The notes under the pieces were generated by a model that was given only the letters and a program-made list of their open reading frames with translations, had not been told where the DNA came from and did no database searches. From positions 1 to 31,081 of IMG/VR virus record IMGVR_UViG_3300005941_000022: DNA of 31,081 nucleotides; one strand, given 5' to 3'. Below, one piece after another: positions 16,318 through 25,187 of the stretch. How positions within the stretch are numbered: position 1 is the first letter of the stretch; each line of letters starts with the position of its first letter. Source of the stretch: a virus. Lineage: Duplodnaviria > Caudoviricetes. The position numbers and the translations under genes are program-made.

Positions 16318-19300
16318 TTAGGCCTTATACTTGGCGAATACTTCTAGATCGAATGAGAACTGATTACCAGACTTATCGAATAGATCGAAACCAATCTTCT
16401 TAGAATATGAAAGGTTATTAAGTGTCGTAGAAGCAATACCACCAACAAAGCCAGCAGCACTATCAGAAATACCAGAGTAGTCAGTCATTCTGTACTGGAA
16501 TACAACATCAATAGTGATCGCGTTGTTCTCACCAATCTTAATAGACTTAATACCAGAGTTGTTATCGGCGTTAACAGATAGTGACGTTGCAGAAAGAGGT
16601 GCAACAAATAGGTATGATCCACAAGATCTACCACCCAATAGGTATTGATCATTAGGTTCAAATGAAGACTTAACAGTTCTTCCTAGAGCAGAGTCATAGT
16701 AGTATGCCGTTTGCTTAAAGCCTTCTGCATCTGTAGCTTTTAGGTTAGCAGTTTTAGCCTGTACAAATCTACCACCATTGTCGTAAATGTCACCATATGT
16801 TGTAGTAGATGCTAGAGCTGGGTGGCTAGGATGTAAGAAGATTCCAGAGTCATAAGTTGCTGTAGTAACAGTAGCCAATGGAAGGGTATTTGGTGTAGTA
16901 CCAGTCCATGTACCCTCGAAGATATATTCGCCTGAAGTAGTAGTTGGAGTAAAAGTCGACACATCATACATACCATATTCGAATGCATTTGCACCGGATG
17001 AATCTAGTAGGTTAATGTTATTGTATACGTAAAGGTCTGTGTCTGTTGCAATGTTCTTAAATCTCGAGTATGCAAACTGACCTCTTAGCTGACCTGATTG
17101 ATATGGAGAATCGTTGAAGTATGGAAGTGCCAAGTTCAAACCTGATACGTTCTGGTATTGAACAGGAACAAGGTCATACTTACCAACAGTTCTATAGTAA
17201 TTATCGTTAGCTACGTTAGGATCAACTGTAGTTGAAGGTGCAGTACCAAAGCCATTATTAATGCTCGTACTTGAGTTATATGTTGGAAGTGTTCTATCAC
17301 CTACCAGCCTAGAGATAAGTTCAAGAGGAGTTGCCTGTGTGTTCTCAATGACAATCTTGAACGTCTTAGTAACAATGTGACCCTTCTTGACAGTTAGGTT
17401 AGCAATCTCGTCAGAGTAGTACCCTGCAAAGATCTGCTTGTTGTCATTGTTTTGAATAACTTCTGATGAACCATCTTCACGAACAATCTTAACAAGAAGT
17501 TCACCCTGAACACCCTCAATAATGTTACGAAGTCTTAGGATCTCATTTTGCATCTCAGTCAACTTATCAAATAGGTTGATTGGTGACTGTTCAGGAGTCA
17601 AGAAGCCAGAAGCAATAGAACCTGCTTCGTGTGCAAAATACTTTTCGTTAACCGCAAATGAATCTGCTACGTGCGAGTAAAGACCTCTAGACTCAAGTTC
17701 TTCCATCAACTTAACTTTAGCAATCTCCGCTGAGTTTTGATCGACGATGCTAACAACAGACTCAGTAGCTTGCGTACCATTAGCAAACTCGACTCTAGCG
17801 ATATTAGACCACTCAGATTCCACTGGGTTTGCAGGCCATCCTGCCTCAGAGACAGACTTAACTCTGATCTCTACAACCTCTCCAGACTGGATAGGAAGAT
17901 CTAGTTGGTTAATATTGATTGCCTGGCTGTCTTCAACGTTTTCAGAGTCCCAGTAGTATTTACCAGTTGCCTCATCTTTTACACGCTTTCTAACAGGAGT
18001 CATTACTTCATTCCAGTTAGAGAATGCACCAGTCTTCTCCTTACCAGATACTGTATCAGTAAATGGAATTTGTGTAATCGGCGCTGGCTTGCCATCAGCA
18101 GATAGGTATCTATATTGAACCTTAAACTGTACAACTTCTTGGTCAATCGTGTTAGCAGACTTCTTAGGAGCTGGAATAGTCCAGAAACCTCTAATTCTAT
18201 ATTTAGCCGCAGTGCTTTTTACAGAGTTAACATCACTTAGAGATCTGATCTCATTTACAAGAGATGAATAAAGTTTAGACTCAGCAGATCTTTGGTTTAA
18301 CGCAGCTGTAAGTTCGTTTCTATCTCTGTCTTTTTCAACAGATGTATTATACTTCTTAGTAGCAATAGAAGATCTTCTAGCAGCAAGATCCTCGTCAAGC
18401 TTCTTAATGTTCTCTTCTGCTGTAGTCTTACTAGAGTTTAGCTTTTTGATTTGCTCAAACGCGTTGTTGGATGTCAGGTGCGCATTAACCTGTACAACCT
18501 TAAAGTTACCAGTCTCAAGAGTTGGTGAGTCTGGAACCACTCCAAGTGTTGATGGTGGGATCGAGTCATCTTTTAGTGCCTTGATCAATTGACCAAAGTC
18601 AGAGACTTGCTCCTTGTAGTATTGTGCTAATGTCTGAACTTCACCATTTGCAAGTGTGATGATCAAGTCATTAGTATAGATCGCAGTACCAGGTGACCAG
18701 AATTCAGCCTCTAGGTTTGAGTCTGGATCAACAGGCTTAATAAAGATGGCTGCTCTCTCATCGAAACCAACGTTGATGTCGATAGAAGAGTAAGCCTCTT
18801 TGTTTTTATAAACTTTTAGTTGGGCGTTGCCGACTTTAATAGCTTCATAGCCTTCTAGTAGAAGTAATTCAACCTCAAGTGTATCTGAGTTAAGTGCTAC
18901 GATTCTGTATTTAGTCGAGTTAGTGCCGGAGTTAACAAGTAGTTCATCACCAATCTTAAGAGTCTCAGTATCTGTTTGAGACTTCTTAGCATCAGTATAT
19001 GTTAGCTTGTTTAGGCTGTATAGCTTTACTGATTTAGTAACTGAAACACCATCAACAACTACATTTCTTTGAGCAGTCTTTACTTTAGACACATCAAAGA
19101 AACCCGCGTATTGTGTTGATCTAACTGGAGCATCAATAACCTCTTCGTCAATGATGTAAGCAATGTTGTTAGTTTCTAGATCAGAAATAAGGCCATTGAT
19201 CTCAATAGAATCAGAGCCTTTAATATTGTTATCGAACCACTCAGCAGAAGCTGCAACAGTAGAATCGATTAGGTATCTTTTAACTTTGATCTTCTCAGTA

Positions 19301-19731
19301 TCTGCTGGAACTTGACCCGCAACGTCAAGCTGAATGCTTAGCAATGGATTAAGGAAAGACTCAAAGAAGTTATTTGATTTAGTTGTAAATGTTCTAGGTG
19401 CAGATACAGATGTAACTGTCTTAGCAGGCGACTTTAGCTTAGACTTATGAATCTGTCTAAATGTACCATCAGCCATTCTAACAGCTGCATCACCTTGGCC
19501 AAGACCAGATAGAGACTTAAAGTTCTGATCTAGTCTTTCGATTTCACGCTTAAGGTATCCAAATGCTGGGACTTGAACTGTCTTAAGATTACCAGACTGG
19601 TCGAATAGATCAACCGTTACTGTCTTCTTATCAGTCGTAATCGCTTCAGAGATCTTCTCATAAGTCTCCAAAGAGTTCTGGTTCATTTCCAGAAACTGTC
19701 TAATGATTTGTGAAATACTGTTATTTGCCAT
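16318..19731 (-). CDS. Large putative virion structural protein with coiled coils and an FN3/Ig-like segment (1137 aa)
   Basis: Coiled-coil stretches (EENIKKLDEDLAARR; KLTEMQNEILRLRNII); FN3-like EIRVKSVSEAG...SEWSN. Confidence 0.72.
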   Translation of the reverse strand: MANNSISQIIRQFLEMNQNSLETYEKISEAITTDKKTVTVDLFDQSGNLKTVQVPAFGYLKREIERLDQNFKSLSGLGQGDAAVRMADGTFRQIHKSKLKSPAKTVTSVSAPRTFTTKSNNFFESFLNPLLSIQLDVAGQVPADTEKIKVKRYLIDSTVAASAEWFDNNIKGSDSIEINGLISDLETNNIAYIIDEEVIDAPVRSTQYAGFFDVSKVKTAQRNVVVDGVSVTKSVKLYSLNKLTYTDAKKSQTDTETLKIGDELLVNSGTNSTKYRIVALNSDTLEVELLLLEGYEAIKVGNAQLKVYKNKEAYSSIDINVGFDERAAIFIKPVDPDSNLEAEFWSPGTAIYTNDLIITLANGEVQTLAQYYKEQVSDFGQLIKALKDDSIPPSTLGVVPDSPTLETGNFKVVQVNAHLTSNNAFEQIKKLNSSKTTAEENIKKLDEDLAARRSSIATKKYNTSVEKDRDRNELTAALNQRSAESKLYSSLVNEIRSLSDVNSVKSTAAKYRIRGFWTIPAPKKSANTIDQEVVQFKVQYRYLSADGKPAPITQIPFTDTVSGKEKTGAFSNWNEVMTPVRKRVKDEATGKYYWDSENVEDSQAININQLDLPIQSGEVVEIRVKSVSEAGWPANPVESEWSNIARVEFANGTQATESVVSIVDQNSAEIAKVKLMEELESRGLYSHVADSFAVNEKYFAHEAGSIASGFLTPEQSPINLFDKLTEMQNEILRLRNIIEGVQGELLVKIVREDGSSEVIQNNDNKQIFAGYYSDEIANLTVKKGHIVTKTFKIVIENTQATPLELISRLVGDRTLPTYNSSTSINNGFGTAPSTTVDPNVANDNYYRTVGKYDLVPVQYQNVSGLNLALPYFNDSPYQSGQLRGQFAYSRFKNIATDTDLYVYNNINLLDSSGANAFEYGMYDVSTFTPTTTSGEYIFEGTWTGTTPNTLPLATVTTATYDSGIFLHPSHPALASTTTYGDIYDNGGRFVQAKTANLKATDAEGFKQTAYYYDSALGRTVKSSFEPNDQYLLGGRSCGSYLFVAPLSATSLSVNADNNSGIKSIKIGENNAITIDVVFQYRMTDYSGISDSAAGFVGGIASTTLNNLSYSKKIGFDLFDKSGNQFSFDLEVFAKYKA

Positions 19732-19732
19732 C

Positions 19733-21625
19733 TTATCTTAGTACGTCTGTTGCAAACGTTAATGTTAGTTCATCTACACATACCATTTCAATGTATGGCT
19801 TAGAAGCATTTAAATCGCTTGTTACGACTGTAGCGACATTCTGCCATCCACCTTTCTTGTCAGTGTAAATGTTGATGTTATATCCGTCCATATTTAGTAC
19901 ACTATCAAAAACAATCTTGAAAGATTGTCCATTGGTCCACTTATATGTAGAATCATCAATGTATATATTTACGTCCTCAATCGCGGTAGTTGACGTAGTA
20001 ATAACTCTAAGCATGTTAGAGAAATCCTTTAGTCTAACATACATACCATATTGATCGGCAGTATTAGGATCAAATGCATCGATCTTCACACCGACTGCAC
20101 TTGTATTATTATCCCATTGGAATAGAGTTGGGAACTGATAACCCTTATTAATGTTATTAATCTTGATCTTGTTTGCAGTAGACTTATCTACCTCAATACC
20201 AGGACCTGCAAAAACAACGTTAGTATTATATTGTACTTCTGTTGGAATAGTACCGTTTACAATACTATTAACTCTTCTATTAATCTCAGTGATCATGTCT
20301 AGAAGAGAAGCTTCGTCAGCATAATTAAGAGAAGCATTCTCAACTTGAGTTTGAAGACTAGCAATTTGAGCAGACATTTCTTGTGCATCTTCAGATGAAA
20401 GAACCATGTTCTCCATCACATTCAGTCTGTCAAGAATGCCGGCATATCTATCATTAGCTTGCATAAGTAGCTTGGTAGCATTCTCAAGAACAGAAGTAGT
20501 ATCAAAGAACAAATCCATTGAGAACGTTGTAAAGTCGTTGATTGAATTCTCAACGCCAACATTATCAAGAGATGTGTTATACTTGATATTAAGCTTTAAG
20601 GAGTATGCATTACCATTTAGACCAGTGACAGAGTTTGGCTTGTACTTGATAAGCTCTCTAATGTTACCATCTTGAAACTGATCCAATAGAAGGATACCGT
20701 ATAGGTTTGTAGCTCTGTTACCAGGATTTGTTTGTGAGTACAAATCATAGTAAACTAGAACAGCATTAAACGTAAAGTTACCACCTCTTTGTGAAAAATC
20801 ATGTAGAGTATTGATAGAAGAATTTACGTTAACTGCATAGTAGCTAGCCTCGTTGAAATCAATACCTACAGCTGGTGTAGTATTTGTATTGATATCATAT
20901 ACTGGAGTAACACCATCAATATCATGCAACGATAGTACACTTAGAGAATCTGGATGGCTAGATCTACCATTAATATTTGTGCCTGGAGTTAGAGTCAGGC
21001 TAGTTGTATTGTATGTGTCTTCTTTAAGAAGAACTGTTGGTGTATAACCAACTGAAGTAGGAACGTTAATGAATACCTCTTGGTATGTGTTAGCTGCGTA
21101 ATTCTTATCGTTGATTACGTCGATAGTACCAAGATACTTAATCAGTCTTGTGTAATCACTACCAGTACCAGTTGCATTAGGAAGTTCTACGTATCTACCT
21201 AAAGTAGAAAGAGCCTCTGAAGATGAAGCAGCTTGAATCTTAAAAGAGTCAAGAGCTGCAAGATACTTAAAGAAGATTTTCTCGGCATCTGACTGATACA
21301 TTACAGGATCAAAGTCATCGTCATTTCTAATGATCTCCTCTAGGTTTAGAGCATAGTTCTGAAATGACATTGACCAGTTCTCGTTATCATCTGTAGAAAG
21401 CGTAGGAAGTGACCATGGCGTAGCCCCTTCATACAAGTTTTCCCATTTAATAGAGTTGGCAGTTGTACCAGCATTTACTTCTGGAAGATCCAATAGAGCA
21501 TAGTGAGAGAACTCGAACTTCAAATCCGGGTCTCCTTGCGCTCTAGTTAAATCTCTAGCCGCAGAAGCAAACGCGAACATAGTTCCGCCTTGCTCTTGAA
21601 CTTTTCTTACTAATGGTGTTGCCAT
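19733..21625 (-). CDS. Putative virion structural protein (630 aa)
   Basis: Intact ORF tightly coupled to the next gene; central coiled coil; baseplate context. Confidence 0.7.
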   Translation of the reverse strand: MATPLVRKVQEQGGTMFAFASAARDLTRAQGDPDLKFEFSHYALLDLPEVNAGTTANSIKWENLYEGATPWSLPTLSTDDNENWSMSFQNYALNLEEIIRNDDDFDPVMYQSDAEKIFFKYLAALDSFKIQAASSSEALSTLGRYVELPNATGTGSDYTRLIKYLGTIDVINDKNYAANTYQEVFINVPTSVGYTPTVLLKEDTYNTTSLTLTPGTNINGRSSHPDSLSVLSLHDIDGVTPVYDINTNTTPAVGIDFNEASYYAVNVNSSINTLHDFSQRGGNFTFNAVLVYYDLYSQTNPGNRATNLYGILLLDQFQDGNIRELIKYKPNSVTGLNGNAYSLKLNIKYNTSLDNVGVENSINDFTTFSMDLFFDTTSVLENATKLLMQANDRYAGILDRLNVMENMVLSSEDAQEMSAQIASLQTQVENASLNYADEASLLDMITEINRRVNSIVNGTIPTEVQYNTNVVFAGPGIEVDKSTANKIKINNINKGYQFPTLFQWDNNTSAVGVKIDAFDPNTADQYGMYVRLKDFSNMLRVITTSTTAIEDVNIYIDDSTYKWTNGQSFKIVFDSVLNMDGYNINIYTDKKGGWQNVATVVTSDLNASKPYIEMVCVDELTLTFATDVLR

Positions 21626-21648
21626 TTAATGCCTAATTATTCTTTTAT

Positions 21649-21660
21649 CGGCTTAAGCCG
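21649..21660. other. Intergenic perfect palindrome CGGCTTAAGCCG (hairpin)
   Basis: GC-rich 12-bp palindrome in a 42-nt AT-rich spacer. Confidence 0.55.
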
Positions 21661-21667
21661 TTTTCAA

Positions 21668-22222
21668 TTATACGATCGTTACGTTGAACGAACCTAGGAT
21701 GTACCAAGATGCACCGATATATCTTAGAGTAAGAGTACCGTATTGTTGGATATCAATAGAAGTAGATACACCTGCAATGTTACCAACTACAGCGAATTGT
21801 ACACCAGCTGCATCATTTGCAATAAGTGTGATTTGCTGTCCCTCTTCAGCTGCATTAAGTGTAATTGGTGTTGCGCCAGAATCGATCATGTATGTGTTTG
21901 AATCGAAACCAAGTGCAGCAGGCATTGAAGTTGTGATAATCTCCTTGTCGTAGATAACTGCGTCATTGAAAGTAATTTCACCGTCAACTGCAGTAGCAGC
22001 TGTAAGAGTGTTACCAGCAGTTTTAAATTCAGCAGCAAGACCACCATCAACTAGTACGCTAGTAGCTTCAGCTGCAGCAATACCAGTTAGGTTACCAGTA
22101 ACAGGATCCAACTTAGCAGTTACAGTAACCAACTCATCGTTGATAGCTGTAAAATTATCGTTCAATGTAACCCTAGAAGCTGATAGGCTGTCTGTACCTT
22201 GAATGTTTGTAATAGTCGCCAT
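21668..22222 (-). CDS. Small baseplate/fibre-associated protein with a gp9/gp10-like N-terminal motif
   Basis: GTDSLSASRVTLNDNFTAINDEL; Ala/Thr-rich beta C-terminus. Confidence 0.65.
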   Translation of the reverse strand: MATITNIQGTDSLSASRVTLNDNFTAINDELVTVTAKLDPVTGNLTGIAAAEATSVLVDGGLAAEFKTAGNTLTAATAVDGEITFNDAVIYDKEIITTSMPAALGFDSNTYMIDSGATPITLNAAEEGQQITLIANDAAGVQFAVVGNIAGVSTSIDIQQYGTLTLRYIGASWYILGSFNVTIV

Positions 22223-22233
22223 TTGTTTGTATT

Positions 22234-24912
22234 TTATTTAATTGTTAGTGCGTTTTTTACCAGTTTGTTAGTGTTACCGTTAACATCAGTAACTTCGAGC
22301 TCAAGTGTATAGTCACCCCTGTGCTCAAAGAGATATGTTAACCACTTACTATTGTAGTATATATCCTCTACTTCTTTACTAGTATTATGTAGTTTCCAGT
22401 CATATTTTAACTTACCAGGCATTCTAGACTTATCTACTGAGAAAGTCATGTGTGTAAGTAGTTCAATTTCAGCATGTGCCTCAGCAATCTGAACATCGTT
22501 ATATGTTGGATTATGTTGTGTATAATTCTGTCTAGCATCAATAGTTACAACAGTAGGGCTAGTTGATGCCTGATCAACTGTTACAAAATCATAGGATGAA
22601 GAATACTCCTTACCGACTGCTAGAATGTACAGACACTCGTCATTAAAACCATCATTATTATTATCAATAAACACTGGGTTATAATTGAATTTAGAGATGA
22701 TAGGATCTGTAGATGTATTTAGATCGTCCGCTGCTTGTTGCCAAGATGGCAAGTCAAGTGGGTCATTAAGATCAAAGTTAATCGTAGCATAACCGTATGC
22801 ATAGACACCTTCACTTACTTGATGTTTGATTTCAATGATTGAATCAATGTCAGCTTGTGTGATCTTAAATGAAGCGGCCACATCAGCACCTACGTGAGTT
22901 GCATCCCACCAAGTGTGTTTACCATCATTCCATACATGCTTTTTAAGATTCTTCCAGAAGTATGGCCCTGTTGTGTCTGAGTATCCAGTAGGAGAAGATG
23001 GATCTAGATATCTTCTAACCATAGAGAAGTTAATACCATCAGTCTCATCATGTAAATAGTTAGCCCTATCAAGAGTCAAATAAAGTGTACCAATCTCTTG
23101 GTCAACTGTATCATCGTTCTGTTGTGGAAAGCTCCATGAACCACCTGCTTGACCCCACTTAAAATTAGAAGAGAACCAATCATATTTCTCACGATCCATC
23201 CATCTATAAACACCATAGATCTCAACCTGCTTCATCTTAACTTCAATAGAATTAGGGTATCTTAGAACTGTAGTGTTATTGAATAGATCAATTTGTTCGA
23301 AGACAACTGAATAGGTTCCTTTGTATGGAAGTGCTATAGCAACCTTTAGTACATCATCAATAGATCCTGTGATCACCTGCTTCCAGTTCTTAGGACCTGT
23401 GATTGTCCATCTTAGTTCATACACATTGCGCTTCCACCAATTAGACCAAGTGATGTAAGACTCAGCATCATCCCAAGTAAACATGGCTGCATCCCATGTG
23501 TCATCAAAAGAGGTACACTCAAGCATAATAGGAGCACCAATAGGAAGAGCCTCTGTAATATCAGCAAACGTTGTGCGAGTTAAATTGTAATAGTTATTAT
23601 AGAATGCAAGTGTGTCGGCATATAAGGTAGCCCTGTCAACACTTGACAGATTTTCAAAGTTTTGTTCCTTACCAGTATAAAGATTTGAAACTAAATTTAA
23701 ATCTTCGATAAAAGCTTCAGCGTTGTGGATCTCAATCTTAGGTTCCACACCAGCTGTCATGGTAGTAATAGGATTCTGGTTATTCCAGATATTTGTATTA
23801 TAGTTCGTGAAATAGTCGGCCTCACCAATGATGTCAATGATCTTGGCATTTAGTGGTAGATATTCACGCTGTAGTTTAGACTTAAGACCATAAAGCTTGA
23901 TTAGTACCTCGTCAGCTGTGAAGTCAAATACTTCATCAACTTCTGGAATATCCCACTTGTCAAAGTTACCATTAGGTGTGTTTAGTTTATAGAATAGACC
24001 AAATCTAGATGTCTTCTTATATGTTGAAGAAGGCAGTCTAACACCCATAAGTTTGTTAGAGACATAAGCACCCTTTGAAGAGTTAGGTACTTCAAATGCC
24101 TTAAGTTTACCAAACATAGGTGATCTATCGTCAATGACTAACCAATATTCTTTAAGTGTAAGGTTGTTATATCCAAAGAACTTAATAGCATTTACAAGAG
24201 CCTTATATGTTCCAACGAATGGTTTGATATTTGAAAGTTCTAGTAGAAGTTCTCTACGCTTTCTATTGATAAGAATCCAGTCAGGAGCTACCTCGTTGAT
24301 GTCATGATCCTTAAAAAGGAACTGATCAGATGCAGTAAAGTTTGCACCTAGGTTACTAAGTAGAACAGAAAGTCTTTCTTCTTCAGCAACAGTCTCACCA
24401 TATACTTCGATCTCAACAACAAGAGTGTTATCAATTACATCAACAACATGTAGGTATCTAAAGTGAGGTCCTTCAACTTGAGAGTTTAGGGCAACGTTTA
24501 CCTGAAGTGCCTCTCTAGTAGATGCGCCACTTACAGTATGAATGCCATCAAGTGTACTAACTGCAATTGAGTTATCTTGTGGATCCAAGTAAACCGAATC
24601 CTCAATAGAAATAGAAACATCACCATCGGATAGTGACGCTGTAAAGAGATTGATATCTTTACTAGTATATTCAGTGTCCGCAAACTTAAACATAAATTGA
24701 GAACCAACGTTAGAACCAATTGGTGTCATAAGGGATGCTGCACCATATTGTGTAACAACCTCTTCTAGAATAAAGATAGTAGCAGCTTCGTATAGACCTG
24801 TTGAAACCTCATTTAGGTTTAGAGTACCAGTATAAGCACCGAGTGCCGAGTCAAAGCTCAGCTCAATTTCAGTGTTCATGCCATTAAAGAATCTAAGCCC
24901 CTGGTACCTCAT
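22234..24912 (-). CDS. Baseplate wedge protein (gp7 / tail protein I-like) with Trp repeats and PKD-like domains
   Basis: RRELLLELSNIKPFVGTYKALVNAIKFFGY resembles the gp7/P2-I-type 'KGT..A+' motif; C-terminal YDWKL...GDYTLELEVTDVNGN; downstream of the gp6-like gene. Confidence 0.6.
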   Translation of the reverse strand: MRYQGLRFFNGMNTEIELSFDSALGAYTGTLNLNEVSTGLYEAATIFILEEVVTQYGAASLMTPIGSNVGSQFMFKFADTEYTSKDINLFTASLSDGDVSISIEDSVYLDPQDNSIAVSTLDGIHTVSGASTREALQVNVALNSQVEGPHFRYLHVVDVIDNTLVVEIEVYGETVAEEERLSVLLSNLGANFTASDQFLFKDHDINEVAPDWILINRKRRELLLELSNIKPFVGTYKALVNAIKFFGYNNLTLKEYWLVIDDRSPMFGKLKAFEVPNSSKGAYVSNKLMGVRLPSSTYKKTSRFGLFYKLNTPNGNFDKWDIPEVDEVFDFTADEVLIKLYGLKSKLQREYLPLNAKIIDIIGEADYFTNYNTNIWNNQNPITTMTAGVEPKIEIHNAEAFIEDLNLVSNLYTGKEQNFENLSSVDRATLYADTLAFYNNYYNLTRTTFADITEALPIGAPIMLECTSFDDTWDAAMFTWDDAESYITWSNWWKRNVYELRWTITGPKNWKQVITGSIDDVLKVAIALPYKGTYSVVFEQIDLFNNTTVLRYPNSIEVKMKQVEIYGVYRWMDREKYDWFSSNFKWGQAGGSWSFPQQNDDTVDQEIGTLYLTLDRANYLHDETDGINFSMVRRYLDPSSPTGYSDTTGPYFWKNLKKHVWNDGKHTWWDATHVGADVAASFKITQADIDSIIEIKHQVSEGVYAYGYATINFDLNDPLDLPSWQQAADDLNTSTDPIISKFNYNPVFIDNNNDGFNDECLYILAVGKEYSSSYDFVTVDQASTSPTVVTIDARQNYTQHNPTYNDVQIAEAHAEIELLTHMTFSVDKSRMPGKLKYDWKLHNTSKEVEDIYYNSKWLTYLFEHRGDYTLELEVTDVNGNTNKLVKNALTIK
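22358..22365 (-). promoter_or_regulatory. GATATATA motif inside the 3' end of a CDS, 135 nt upstream of the next start
   Basis: Encodes part of E-D-I-Y; same motif and strand as the intergenic copies. Confidence 0.45.
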
Positions 24913-25187
24913 TACTTAACTTTTAAATAGTCTTTCGGCATTGCAAATGCCTTGTATAGTTTTAATTGTGTTACGGTCTTAACACCGTTCACAAACATAT
25001 CTTGAATGAATCTAACGAAATCAAGCATTGTATCATTACGAGTAATGTGTCTCGATAGGCCTTTAAGCATCAAGTCATTCGTGTAGTCTCTGCCTTCATT
25101 TAGTCTACTATCGTTAGAAGACTTAGCAATATCATATCGCTTTCCTAACTTGTATTTCCAAAGGCCTCTGTATAGTTCGTCTGCCAT
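24912..25187 (-). CDS. Small baseplate-associated hypothetical protein (91 aa)
   Basis: TAATG stop/start overlaps on both sides, indicating translational coupling. Confidence 0.7.
   Translation of the reverse strand: MADELYRGLWKYKLGKRYDIAKSSNDSRLNEGRDYTNDLMLKGLSRHITRNDTMLDFVRFIQDMFVNGVKTVTQLKLYKAFAMPKDYLKVK

Noticed and set aside
15323-21723. Palindromic gatatatc copies inside genes (about 15323 and 21716) as late promoters
   Set aside because: They lack the final A of GATATATA; the first is deep inside a CDS, and neither can be distinguished from chance.
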